From Bdellovibrionales bacterium (GTDB lineage Bacteria; Bdellovibrionota; Bdellovibrionia; Bdellovibrionales; UBA1609): a stretch of 64,000 nt of DNA. Positions 50,734 to 60,177 of this stretch are shown here, piece after piece. Positions within the stretch are counted from its first letter, which is position 1. Every line of letters begins with the position of its first letter. Under the pieces are notes generated by a model. It was not told the DNA's origin. It searched no databases and saw only the letters and a program-made list of their open reading frames with translations. Location: positions 192,001-256,000 of the forward strand of contig CBDBIB010000002.1 in the NCBI GenBank assembly GCA_965205945.1. The letters run 5' to 3'. The translations under genes and the position numbers were made by a program.

Positions 50734-51642
50734 GTGTTATGTTTAATTATGTTGAAATTGTGGGTTGAGTTTTTTCAAGATTTAGAATTAGTGAGAGGAA
50801 GATCTCGCAATACTGTTTCTGCTTATAGAAGAGATCTTATTTTGTATGAAGGCTTTAAGAGTACTTTAAAGCCTATTGCAGGATACTATAATTTTTTACA
50901 AAAAAGCGGTTTATCTACAAGATCTCAAGCAAGAGCAATTTCAAGTTTAAGAACTTACTTAAAGTTTTTAGAGAGAAATGATATATTAGCGCCAGAGCTT
51001 AGGGAGTTAAAACTTCCAAAAGTTGAGAAAAAACCTCCAAAAATAATTTCAATAGAAGAGTTTAATCAACTTGTTCAAGCAGCCACAGGGAAGAATGGGT
51101 CTCAAACTTTAAGAAATCAGCTTTTATTGTATTTAATGTTTGGTTTAGGGTTAAGAGTTACAGAGTTAATATCTTTAGATGTTGAAAGTGTTCAGCTTGA
51201 TGAGGGAACTTTAAGGGTTCTTGGAAAAGGTTTAAAAGAAAGAATCCTTCCCATTAACAATATTCTTTTACAAATGCTATTATCTTATTTAACAGACCAT
51301 AGGAAAGAAATCTGCTTTGATTCAAAGGAGCGTGCTTTAATAGTAAATAAAAAATCTAATAGGCCATCTAGAATTGATATTTGGCGTTGGTTAGAATCAT
51401 GGTCAAAACTTGCAGGTTTTAAAGAAAGCATACATCCACATCAGTTTAGACATGCTTGTGCAACATCGCTTTTAGAAAACGGTGCAAACTTAAGATCCAT
51501 TCAAGTTCTTCTAGGACATACAAGCCTTCAAACTACGCAAATGTATACTGCCGTTTCAAAAGGACATTTAAATAAGACGCTTGATGAGAAGCACCCTTTT
51601 TCTAAAATAAATATGGGTTTAAAAAAATCTTTAAAAAAATAA
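50734..51642 (+). CDS. xerD: tyrosine recombinase XerC/XerD type (start probably ATG 50749)
   Basis: S.NTV.AY.RDL, GLRVTEL, GKG.KER, HPHQFRHACAT, LLGH.SL.TTQMY. XerD versus XerC not resolved. Confidence 0.8.
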   Translation: MLCLIMLKLWVEFFQDLELVRGRSRNTVSAYRRDLILYEGFKSTLKPIAGYYNFLQKSGLSTRSQARAISSLRTYLKFLERNDILAPELRELKLPKVEKKPPKIISIEEFNQLVQAATGKNGSQTLRNQLLLYLMFGLGLRVTELISLDVESVQLDEGTLRVLGKGLKERILPINNILLQMLLSYLTDHRKEICFDSKERALIVNKKSNRPSRIDIWRWLESWSKLAGFKESIHPHQFRHACATSLLENGANLRSIQVLLGHTSLQTTQMYTAVSKGHLNKTLDEKHPFSKINMGLKKSLKK

Positions 51643-51698
51643 AAAGTTATTTTAAATAGTTAAGCGGTAATATTAAAGTTATTTAACAAGGTTTTAAA

Positions 51699-52442
51699 AT
51701 GAGTAAATTTGATCAAATTCTTATTTTTACAGATGGTGCTTGTTCTAAAAACCCTGGGTATGGGGGTTATGGTACAGTGATTGTTTACCCTGATGGAAGA
51801 GTAAAAGAGCTTGGTGGAGGTAGAAAAGACACCACAAATAACCGTATGGAGATGATGGCTGTTATTAAAGGGCTTTGTCAGGTAGAAACAGAGAAAGAAG
51901 ATATTTTGCTTCTTACAGATTCAACTTATGTTATTAAAGGGGCTACTCAGTGGATTCTTGGATGGAAGAAGAAAAATTGGCTTAATTCTTCTGGTAATCA
52001 AGTTTTTAATAAAGACTTGTGGCTTAAGCTAGATAGAGCAGTCATTAAAAGAAAATCTATATCCAAGCTTTCTTGGGGTTATGTTAGAGGTCACCAAGGT
52101 ATTCCTGGAAATGAAAGATGTGATCAAATAGGTGTGGCATATTCAAAAAAGCAATTTATTAAACTTTATCAAGGTAATATCTTAAACTATGGTATTGCAG
52201 TTTATGATATTCCTAAAGACTTATCTCTACCTATTAAAAAGACCGGTAATGAGAAGTCTTTTAGTAAAAAGAAAAAAGCTTACTCTTATTTAAGTTTAGT
52301 AAATGGGGAACTTAAAATTCATAAAACATGGCTTGAATGTGAAGCTAGAGTCAAGGGTCAATCAAGTGTTAAGTTTAAGAAATCTATCTCAATTGAAGAT
52401 GAGAAAAAAATAATTGCTGAATGGTTAAGCTTTAAAGATTAA
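51699..52442 (+). CDS. rnhA: ribonuclease HI with C-terminal hybrid-binding domain
   Basis: FTDGACS.NPG, TTNNRMEM, TDSTYV, VRGH.G..GNE.CD, C-terminal TW.ECEARVKG...KFKK. Confidence 0.93.
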   Translation: MSKFDQILIFTDGACSKNPGYGGYGTVIVYPDGRVKELGGGRKDTTNNRMEMMAVIKGLCQVETEKEDILLLTDSTYVIKGATQWILGWKKKNWLNSSGNQVFNKDLWLKLDRAVIKRKSISKLSWGYVRGHQGIPGNERCDQIGVAYSKKQFIKLYQGNILNYGIAVYDIPKDLSLPIKKTGNEKSFSKKKKAYSYLSLVNGELKIHKTWLECEARVKGQSSVKFKKSISIEDEKKIIAEWLSFKD

Positions 52443-52488
52443 ATCAGAGTTGACCGGAATCTAAAAGTAAAAGAAGGTTACAAGCATT

Positions 52489-53832
52489 GTGTTGCCTAAA
52501 CCATTAAAGTTTTTAGCATCTTTAAAATTAGCTGTATTTATACTCTTAGGTTTAGGAGTTATTTCAGCAGTGGGAACATTTTATGAATCATTGTATAATG
52601 CTGAATATGCTAAACAAGTAGTTTATCAATCTTTTTGGATGATAGGCATTCAAGTCTTACTTACGGTTGTATTAATAGCGGTGATGGTTGATAGGCTTCC
52701 TTGGAAAAAAAAACATGTTCCATTTTTACTTGCACATATTGGTATAATAATAGTTCAGATAGGGTCTGTATTAACGTATTTTTATGGTGTTGATGGACTT
52801 ATGGTTTTTCCACTTAATGGACAAAACCGTTATGTACAAGTGGCGCAAAAAGAATTTGCTGTTTATAGTTCTTTTGATGGAAATAAATTTACCACTTTGT
52901 TTAATGAAGATGTTAATTATTTTAAGCAGGATTTTAAAAAAAACAAAATAAAATATAAAATAGGAACTAAAGATATAATAGTAAAAGACTATTATATTTT
53001 TGCTCAAGCTAAAAATCAGGTTTTAACTTCTAAAAATATTGAAGATGGACCTGCTTTAAGATTCTTTATTGAAGGGGTTAGGGCAAAAGAATCAGGCTGG
53101 CTTATTGTTAACAAAATTTTTAAAAAAAATGAAAAAAAAATGGGGCCGGCAAAAGTGAGTCTTTATTTAAAAAAACCTAAGGATTATAAAGGAAAAAATG
53201 AGATTGTTTTTTATCCCAATGGAGAAGAACTTTCTTATATTCTGTTTAATAAAAGTGGTCAACACAGTGGAAAAATTAGCGTTGGAGAAATTTTAGACAC
53301 TGGTTGGATGGACTTTAAACTTAGAGTTTTAAGTTATAAGCCTCATGCTTATGAAGGAACATATTTTGAAAAATTAGACTTTCCCCATGCTTTAAGCACA
53401 GAGGCTTTAAATATAAGTTTTATGGGGGAAACCTATTGGTTAGGTTTAAATCAACCATTAAAAATTTTTTTAAAAGATAAAGTTTATGTTTTAAGTTATG
53501 CTAAAAAAAGAGTAGATATAGGTTTTAATATCCTTCTTAAGGATTTTAAGGTAAGAAGATATCAAGGCTCTATTAAAGCTGCAAACTATGAGAGTGTAGT
53601 GTCTGTTCATGGAGAAGATATTTTAATTTCAATGAATGATCCTATGAAAAAAAATGGGCTTACTTTTTATCAAAGCTCATTTCAAGAAGATGAGATGGCA
53701 AGACCAACACACTCAGTGCTATCAGTGAATAAAGATCCAGGTAGATTTGTTAAATATTTTGGATGTTTTTTAATTGCTTTAGGGATAATATTTTTATTCT
53801 GGTTTAAAAAACGTGGTCATAAACGGCGTTGA
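52489..53832 (+). CDS. ResB/CcsB-like cytochrome c biogenesis protein
   Basis: LASLKLA, LAHIG, SMNDP, FYQSS, directly upstream of ccsA. Confidence 0.85.
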   Translation: MLPKPLKFLASLKLAVFILLGLGVISAVGTFYESLYNAEYAKQVVYQSFWMIGIQVLLTVVLIAVMVDRLPWKKKHVPFLLAHIGIIIVQIGSVLTYFYGVDGLMVFPLNGQNRYVQVAQKEFAVYSSFDGNKFTTLFNEDVNYFKQDFKKNKIKYKIGTKDIIVKDYYIFAQAKNQVLTSKNIEDGPALRFFIEGVRAKESGWLIVNKIFKKNEKKMGPAKVSLYLKKPKDYKGKNEIVFYPNGEELSYILFNKSGQHSGKISVGEILDTGWMDFKLRVLSYKPHAYEGTYFEKLDFPHALSTEALNISFMGETYWLGLNQPLKIFLKDKVYVLSYAKKRVDIGFNILLKDFKVRRYQGSIKAANYESVVSVHGEDILISMNDPMKKNGLTFYQSSFQEDEMARPTHSVLSVNKDPGRFVKYFGCFLIALGIIFLFWFKKRGHKRR

Positions 53833-53859
53833 GTAAAATAACTTATATAAAGGTAGATT

Positions 53860-55467
53860 ATGAAAAATATCATTTTATTTCTAACGGTGTCTTTGATTTC
53901 AAGTCTTACGCTTGGCTCAGGTTTAAAAAACCTTCCTGTTCAAAATGGAGGAAGGATTAAACCTTTAGACACTCTTGCTGGAGAAAGCGTTAGGCTTATA
54001 TATGGTAAGACAAAGTATAAGAGAAAAGACCCTTCAATTTTAGTGTTAACATGGCTTCTTGCACCTAAAATATGGTCTAAAACAGAATTTATTCAGTTAA
54101 AAAATAAAAAGTTAAAAATGGCCTTAAACCTAGAAATTAAAAAAGACTACTTTAGTCAAGAAGAACTTTCTAAAAACTTGGCTATAAGTAGTCTTTTTCA
54201 AAACCTAGCAATTAAGAGAAAAAAAGAAGTTAAGCTAAATGCTTTTGATCAAGCCTTGTCTAGGCTAGAGAGCCAGCTTTTAAGGTTGAGCCAGTTTCAA
54301 TCAGGGGATATTTTAAAAGTGGCACCCACTAGTGATAAATGGCTATCTATTAATGAAGTTTCAAAAGAGCATAAAAAAAGTTTTGCACAAATATTAAAAA
54401 ATGTTTCGGCTCTTTTAACAGATGAAAGCAACAAAGAGTTAAAAGCTAAAGTAGATAAGAGTGCAGATGAATTTGTGTCTTTTTCTATAAAGCCTTATAA
54501 AGGTGATAAGGTTAAAGTTTTTTCAAAAATTAAGGCCGAGGTTTTTTATAATTCCTTTCATTTTTTTAAGTACTCTTGGATATCTTATCTTTTAGCGTTG
54601 ATTTTTATTTTTTTCTTTTGGCTTTGGGAAAAAAAAATATTTAGACTTGCTTTTAATGGAATGCTTTTTTTAGGGTTCTTGTTTCATTTATTTGGGTTTT
54701 TAACTAGAGTTTATATAAGCCAAAGAGCCCCTGTTTCTAATATGTATGAGACCGTGTTATGGGTGCCTTTTGGAACTGTAATTTTTGGATATTTTGTTGG
54801 AAAGTGGAATAAGAGTCTTATGCCATTTGTTGGATCTTGTATTGTGGCTTTATTTTGTTTAATTATTTCAGATCTTGCTCCTGTGATTCTAGATCCAAGT
54901 ATACAGCCTCTTCAAGCTGTTCTTCGCTCAAATTTCTGGCTACTTACCCATGTTTTAACCATAACTATTTCATATTCAGCATTTTTTCTTGCCTTTATTT
55001 TAGGAGATTTTTCTCTTTTCTATCACTTAAATAAGGATAAATATGATAAAGAAATTCTTAAAGTCACAATTTTAATTTATAAAAGTTTGCAAATTGGGGT
55101 CTTACTTCTTGCTGTAGGAACTGTTTTAGGTGGAATTTGGGCTGATTATTCTTGGGGAAGGTTTTGGGGGTGGGATCCGAAAGAAACCTGGGCTTTTATT
55201 GCATTAATGGGATATTTGGCTCTTCTACATTCACGGTTGATTGGAATGGTGAAGTCTTTTGGCCTTGCTGTAGGAGCAGTGATTTCATTTAATCTAGTTA
55301 TTATGGCCTGGTATGGTGTAAATTTTTGGTTAGGAGCTGGGCTGCACTCTTATGGCTTTGGTTCTGGTGGAGTGGAGTATGTTTCTATATTTGTTATGTT
55401 ACATTTTATTTATATTTTATTTGTAGGCGTTTTTATGAAATTAAAAAAAAACTCTAAAATATCTTAA
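53860..55467 (+). CDS. ccsA: cytochrome c biogenesis protein CcsA (system II)
   Basis: GRIKPLDT, WWD domain GGIWADYSWGRFWGWDPKETW, GLHSY. Confidence 0.93.
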   Translation: MKNIILFLTVSLISSLTLGSGLKNLPVQNGGRIKPLDTLAGESVRLIYGKTKYKRKDPSILVLTWLLAPKIWSKTEFIQLKNKKLKMALNLEIKKDYFSQEELSKNLAISSLFQNLAIKRKKEVKLNAFDQALSRLESQLLRLSQFQSGDILKVAPTSDKWLSINEVSKEHKKSFAQILKNVSALLTDESNKELKAKVDKSADEFVSFSIKPYKGDKVKVFSKIKAEVFYNSFHFFKYSWISYLLALIFIFFFWLWEKKIFRLAFNGMLFLGFLFHLFGFLTRVYISQRAPVSNMYETVLWVPFGTVIFGYFVGKWNKSLMPFVGSCIVALFCLIISDLAPVILDPSIQPLQAVLRSNFWLLTHVLTITISYSAFFLAFILGDFSLFYHLNKDKYDKEILKVTILIYKSLQIGVLLLAVGTVLGGIWADYSWGRFWGWDPKETWAFIALMGYLALLHSRLIGMVKSFGLAVGAVISFNLVIMAWYGVNFWLGAGLHSYGFGSGGVEYVSIFVMLHFIYILFVGVFMKLKKNSKIS

Positions 55468-55556
55468 ATTAAAAATTCGCCAATAAAGATTTATTTAGGA
55501 ATTAAAATTACTTTAGTGGAAAATACTAAAAAAATAAAAAATAAAGGAGTTATATT

Positions 55557-56777
55557 TTGCCAGCTTCTCAAACTAGATTTGGTCCTGGTATTTTGGTTAC
55601 AGCCGCTTTTATAGGGCCAGGAACTATTACTACAGCAAGTCTTGCCGGAGCAGGTTATGGTTTTGCTCTGTGCTGGGCACTTTTGTTTTCAGTAATTGCA
55701 ACTTTTATCCTCCAAGAGATGGCTGCTCGTTTAGGTATGGTAAGTGGTAAAGGCTTGTCTGAAAATCTGCAAGAGTTTTTTACTCATTTATGGTTTCGTC
55801 CTATGGTATCTATTTTAATTATTACAGCAATCGGTTTTGGTAACGCTGCTTATGAGTCTGGTAATATTCTTGGTGCTTCTTTAGGCCTACAAACACTATT
55901 TGGTTGGAGTGTGTCCTTCTGGGCCTTAGCTGTTGCTATTTTAGCTGGAGCATTACTGGCTGTGGGTCAGTATCGACTTATTCAAGGAGTCATGGTGGTG
56001 CTTGTATTGGTAATGAGCGTTGTATTTTTGTTAACCATGATCATGGTTAAACCATCCATTACGGTTATAATGTCAGGGCTACTAATACCAAAATTACCAG
56101 AAAACTCATTGCTTACTGTACTAGCCTTGATAGGAACAACGGTGGTGCCTTATAACTTATTTTTACATGCTAGCATCACAGCAAAAAAATGGAAAGGTAA
56201 CACTAATAGTGCAAAAGCTTTAAGATTTTTGCGCTGGGAGATAGGTCTTTTAATGGGTATAGGAGGCTTAATAACTTTTGCCGTAATGTGTATCTCTGCT
56301 GTTGCTTTTTTTGGTACAGATAACAAACTGTCAGTAGCAACAATGGCCCAACAACTTAAACCGCTACTAGGAAGCTTTGCACCTTATGTTTTTGCTACAG
56401 GCTTATTTGCAGCAGGTTTAAGCAGTGCAATTACAGCACCTCTTGCTGCAAGTTTTGCTGTTAGCGGTATCCTTAGGTGGCCTAATGATCTAAAAGATTT
56501 AAGATTTCGTCTAGTCTGGATAACTGTATTAGTCAGTGGAGCAGTGTTATGTACTATGGGTATAAAACCACTTACTGCAATTTTGTTTGCCCAGGCTGCA
56601 AACGCTATTTTATTGCCTTTTTGTGCCATCTTCTTATTAGCAGTTATGAATAAAAAAAAAATATTAGGAAATTATTGTAATAGTACAATGAGCAATGTCA
56701 TAGGAGTGCTTATAGTTATGGTAATTATCGGGCTTAGTTTATTTAAATTTGCTAAAGTATTTGGAGTGGTGGATTAA
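55557..56777 (+). CDS. NRAMP-family divalent metal transporter
   Basis: GPGILVTAAFIGPGT, LQEMAARLG, IGTTVVPYNLFLH. TTG start after AAAGGAG. Confidence 0.9.
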   Translation: MPASQTRFGPGILVTAAFIGPGTITTASLAGAGYGFALCWALLFSVIATFILQEMAARLGMVSGKGLSENLQEFFTHLWFRPMVSILIITAIGFGNAAYESGNILGASLGLQTLFGWSVSFWALAVAILAGALLAVGQYRLIQGVMVVLVLVMSVVFLLTMIMVKPSITVIMSGLLIPKLPENSLLTVLALIGTTVVPYNLFLHASITAKKWKGNTNSAKALRFLRWEIGLLMGIGGLITFAVMCISAVAFFGTDNKLSVATMAQQLKPLLGSFAPYVFATGLFAAGLSSAITAPLAASFAVSGILRWPNDLKDLRFRLVWITVLVSGAVLCTMGIKPLTAILFAQAANAILLPFCAIFLLAVMNKKKILGNYCNSTMSNVIGVLIVMVIIGLSLFKFAKVFGVVD

Positions 56778-57010
56778 AAGTGGACATGTATTTAAGAAGA
56801 TTAAGATGGTGTTTAAAACTTAAATATTAAATCTAAAAGCTTTAAATACGGTATTTATCTAATTTTACCTTTATTTTAGAGGATTTTGTTCTTTTTTCCG
56901 TCTAAAAATAAGAATAAATATTGAAAAGATATTTCTAAAATCATAGCCTAAGATATGGTGTGGATTTTTAGTTAGCAGCTAGAATGTACCCATGCCTAAC
57001 CCTTGCAATT

Positions 57011-58102
57011 TTATTGACTTTTAGGAGAGGTAAAGAGTTTCACATCATGCGCCCCGTCATAAATAATTGCATCAGCTTGTAAATCAAAATCATCCATAAC
57101 TCTTTGAACTAATCTTCCATTGGGGGTCTTTAGAAATAAAGAAATTAATTCGCTTTGGACCTCTTCTATTCTATCGCTATTATAATAGCCCTTTATCGCT
57201 TTAAGAGTCCTTTGATTTATTATGCCCAAGTTTGCTATTTTTCGAGGTGAGTACTCCCTAGGCGAAGAACCCCTTGAAAATACTTCTTGGTATTGATCAC
57301 GTATGATATCACTACCGTAAAAAGGCTTATTTATACCTCTAAATATATTGAGGATATCAATTGTGGTAGGTGAATATTTAACATGAAAAAAGGCTCCTTC
57401 TCCTTTCGTCATAACTTCGTATTCGCCACTTGAATTGATTCTATGTACTGCTAATTCGGTAGTTTTTTTTAGTTGATCCACTCTTTCTCTATATTTATTA
57501 TCAATATCATGTAATCTTTCATGTAGACCTGGATCCAAAATAGGATCTTTATACTTAGTTTTAATTTTTGTCGGGAAGTCTTCTTGGTACTCTGCTCTCG
57601 CTCCTCCAGAAATTATGCCTTTAGCTCCAGAAGTAATACCTGCCTGTTGAGAGACAGAGGCCTGCACATTTAAAAGCTCTAGCCCTTTTGAATTAGAAAC
57701 ACCATGTCTAACACTCTCCCGTCCAACTCTACCTCCTTCGGGTTGAACACTAAGCTCCTCTTCCTCAACCTCAACAGCGCTTGAGCGACAGCAAGAAGTA
57801 AGGCTCCTAAATGCTGATCTTACTAAACCACCTAATTCTTCAAAGATTAGGCCAGAGGGATCAGTAAAGTTTAGGGGTTCACCATTAGAATAACCATAGG
57901 ATGATGGATATTGTGATAACGGATCTGGAGTTAAAAAACGTCCAAATTGAGGTAGATAATATCTGTTTTGAAAATAGTAAAGAGAGCTTGAGGCTTGATA
58001 GCTTTGCCCCGTAAATTCGGGTGGAATACTACTAGTTTGCCCAAAAACAAACTGAGTTTTTAAAATGATAAAAATTAAAAAAGTAAAGTATTTAAAATTC
58101 AT
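57011..58102 (-). CDS. signal peptide + Rhs-associated core + C-terminal putative effector domain
   Basis: FTGQ...LYYF.NRYY.P..GRFLTPDP...Y.Y..GEPLNFTDPSGL at aa 30-85. Confidence 0.85.
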   Translation of the reverse strand: MNFKYFTFLIFIILKTQFVFGQTSSIPPEFTGQSYQASSSLYYFQNRYYLPQFGRFLTPDPLSQYPSSYGYSNGEPLNFTDPSGLIFEELGGLVRSAFRSLTSCCRSSAVEVEEEELSVQPEGGRVGRESVRHGVSNSKGLELLNVQASVSQQAGITSGAKGIISGGARAEYQEDFPTKIKTKYKDPILDPGLHERLHDIDNKYRERVDQLKKTTELAVHRINSSGEYEVMTKGEGAFFHVKYSPTTIDILNIFRGINKPFYGSDIIRDQYQEVFSRGSSPREYSPRKIANLGIINQRTLKAIKGYYNSDRIEEVQSELISLFLKTPNGRLVQRVMDDFDLQADAIIYDGAHDVKLFTSPKSQ

Positions 58103-58178
58103 TTTTGTTTTTAGTTAATTAGGGCTAGCTATAATCAATATAACCTTATAAAACTTAACTCATATAATCAAGTGTAGA

Positions 58179-59293
58179 GGGCGTTGTTTCATATAAAATC
58201 AGTGGGTTTGTGATTTAAATTTTATAGAGCAGAAGGGTATGAAAATTTGTTTAAAATCCTACATTTAATGGCAGCTTCATTAAACTAACTCTTAAATTCC
58301 TTAGAGCTTAAAGCTCCTCTAAAAATACTTTTAAAACGGTACATGGCTGTTTTAGAAATTAATCTTTTTAAGTAACCAGATTCTAACCTCCATCGTTTTC
58401 TTTTTATTTTTTTTATATTTCTTAAAACCTCGTCTGGTTTAATAGGCTTAGTCTTGCTGTTGCCATGCTGTTTTAACTTTAATTTTTTTTTGGCAGATAT
58501 TAACGGATTTATTCCTAATTCTTTACATTTATCATAAAACTTTGAATCATCATAAGCTCCATGGACGCTGAGATCTAAAACTTCACTCTCTAAACCTTTA
58601 ACTAAATCATTAAAAACTTGGTTGTCTTTAAAAGAATTTTTATTTTAGACACATTGATAAAATTTCTCCATCTCCTTTATTCAGCGCTAAATGTAATTTC
58701 ATCTAAGTTCTGCGCTTTAAATAGTCATGCTGGCGTACTTTCCACTCACCTTTACCAAAAACTTTTAAACCCGTTGAATCAATAATAATATGAATTTTCT
58801 TACCCTTTTAAGCTTACTTTTTTAAATTTAATTTCTAGTTTTTTTTAAGGTGTCGTAAAAGCGTTGAGTAATTTGGTGTTGGCAGATTAAACTTTAAAAG
58901 CTTAAGAAGGCTTTGAGTAAACCCTTTAAGTTCTTCTAAGTAGAAGCTTAAAAAATGAGCGTATCATTAAGATGGCTTTTATTGCAAAATCAAAATAGAT
59001 TTTTTAAAAACCTGGCTCTGTAGTCTGTTTAAGCCAGGAATGTTTTAAGTTTTTTAAGAAAATAAAAAGTTATGGAACCACGTCCTATGAGTTCCTTGTT
59101 GTAGTTTTTCTAGTTAATTTGTTTAAGTCTTTTACCCATTTTAACCAGTTTAAAATTTGCTCTTGTGCTCTTAATAAGCAAGTGCAGGCTTTAGGCCATG
59201 AGAGAAAAATAAATGAGTATTACTTATCTATTCCTAAAAAAAAGCTAATTTCTTAGGAGAACTTGTTTTTTGCAAAGGCTAGGCAACAGACCC
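58179..59293 (-). mobile_element. IS5-family (IS903 group) element with a pseudogenised transposase
   Basis: Imperfect ends GGGCGTTGTTTC and GGGTCTGTTGCC. From ATG 59139: IN*KNYNKELIGRGSITF, IDSTGLKVFG.GEWKVRQH, KLHLA, GAYDD, WRLESGY, TAMYRFKSIF, with many stops and frameshifts. Confidence 0.9.
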
Positions 59294-59569
59294 TATGAAT
59301 TCTTATAAAGAGAATTTTTACTTTAGTTAAGACTATTTTCATATTTATAGTTCAGACTGCCTGAAAAAGTCTCATGCCTAACCCCTAAGATGTACTCTTA
59401 TGGCTTTAGTGGATCATTTTTTTAGGTTATATATTATTTATATTTTATTTGTGGTTATTTTTATAAAATTTAAAAAAAATCTTAGTTGAAAGTTTAGAGA
59501 TAAAGATTTATTTATGAAGATTAAAATTTATTTTTAATTTGACTAGTTTTTAATTAAAGAGAAAGAGCT

Positions 59570-60154
59570 ATGGTGAAAAAAGTCGTTAGTGGTGTTATAG
59601 GAGTAGTACTTTTAGTAGGGCTGTGTGTATATGTGTACTTATTAATAAATAATAAATTAAGTATAGGTTATAATATTGGTTATAAACCAGATCAGCCTAT
59701 TCCATTTTCACATAAACTTCATGCTGGTCAATATGCAATAGACTGTACATATTGTCATACAGCACCTGGAGTTTCTAAAACTTCTACCATTCCAAGTTTA
59801 AATATTTGTATGAACTGTCACTTGTCTGTGGGTACAGATAAAAAATGGATTCAAATTATTAGTGAAAAATATGAAAAAAATGAACCCATAGCATGGACTA
59901 AAGTTCATATGCTTCCAGACCATGTAAAATTTAATCACTCTAGACATATTGTTGCGGGCAAGACATGTAAGACATGTCATGGTCCAGTTGAAGAGATGGA
60001 GACTGTTTATCAGTTTAAAGATCTTTCTATGGGCTGGTGTGTGAATTGTCATAGAGGTGTAGGGGATGAGAGTTTGTCTGATAATGAAATTAAAAAGTTT
60101 AAAAAGTCTGGTCACACCCAAGCTCCAATTAACTGTTCAACTTGTCACTATTAA
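59570..60154 (+). CDS. actA: alternative complex III pentaheme cytochrome c subunit
   Basis: GY.PDQPIPFSHK.HAG and five CxxCH motifs. Confidence 0.9.
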   Translation: MVKKVVSGVIGVVLLVGLCVYVYLLINNKLSIGYNIGYKPDQPIPFSHKLHAGQYAIDCTYCHTAPGVSKTSTIPSLNICMNCHLSVGTDKKWIQIISEKYEKNEPIAWTKVHMLPDHVKFNHSRHIVAGKTCKTCHGPVEEMETVYQFKDLSMGWCVNCHRGVGDESLSDNEIKKFKKSGHTQAPINCSTCHY

Positions 60155-60177
60155 ATATTATTAAAGGGTATTAGGAA

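Noticed and set aside
50734..51642. Tyrosine recombinase as the integrase of the tRNA islands
   Set aside because: Size, motifs and housekeeping context fit chromosomal XerC/XerD, and it is far from both tRNAs
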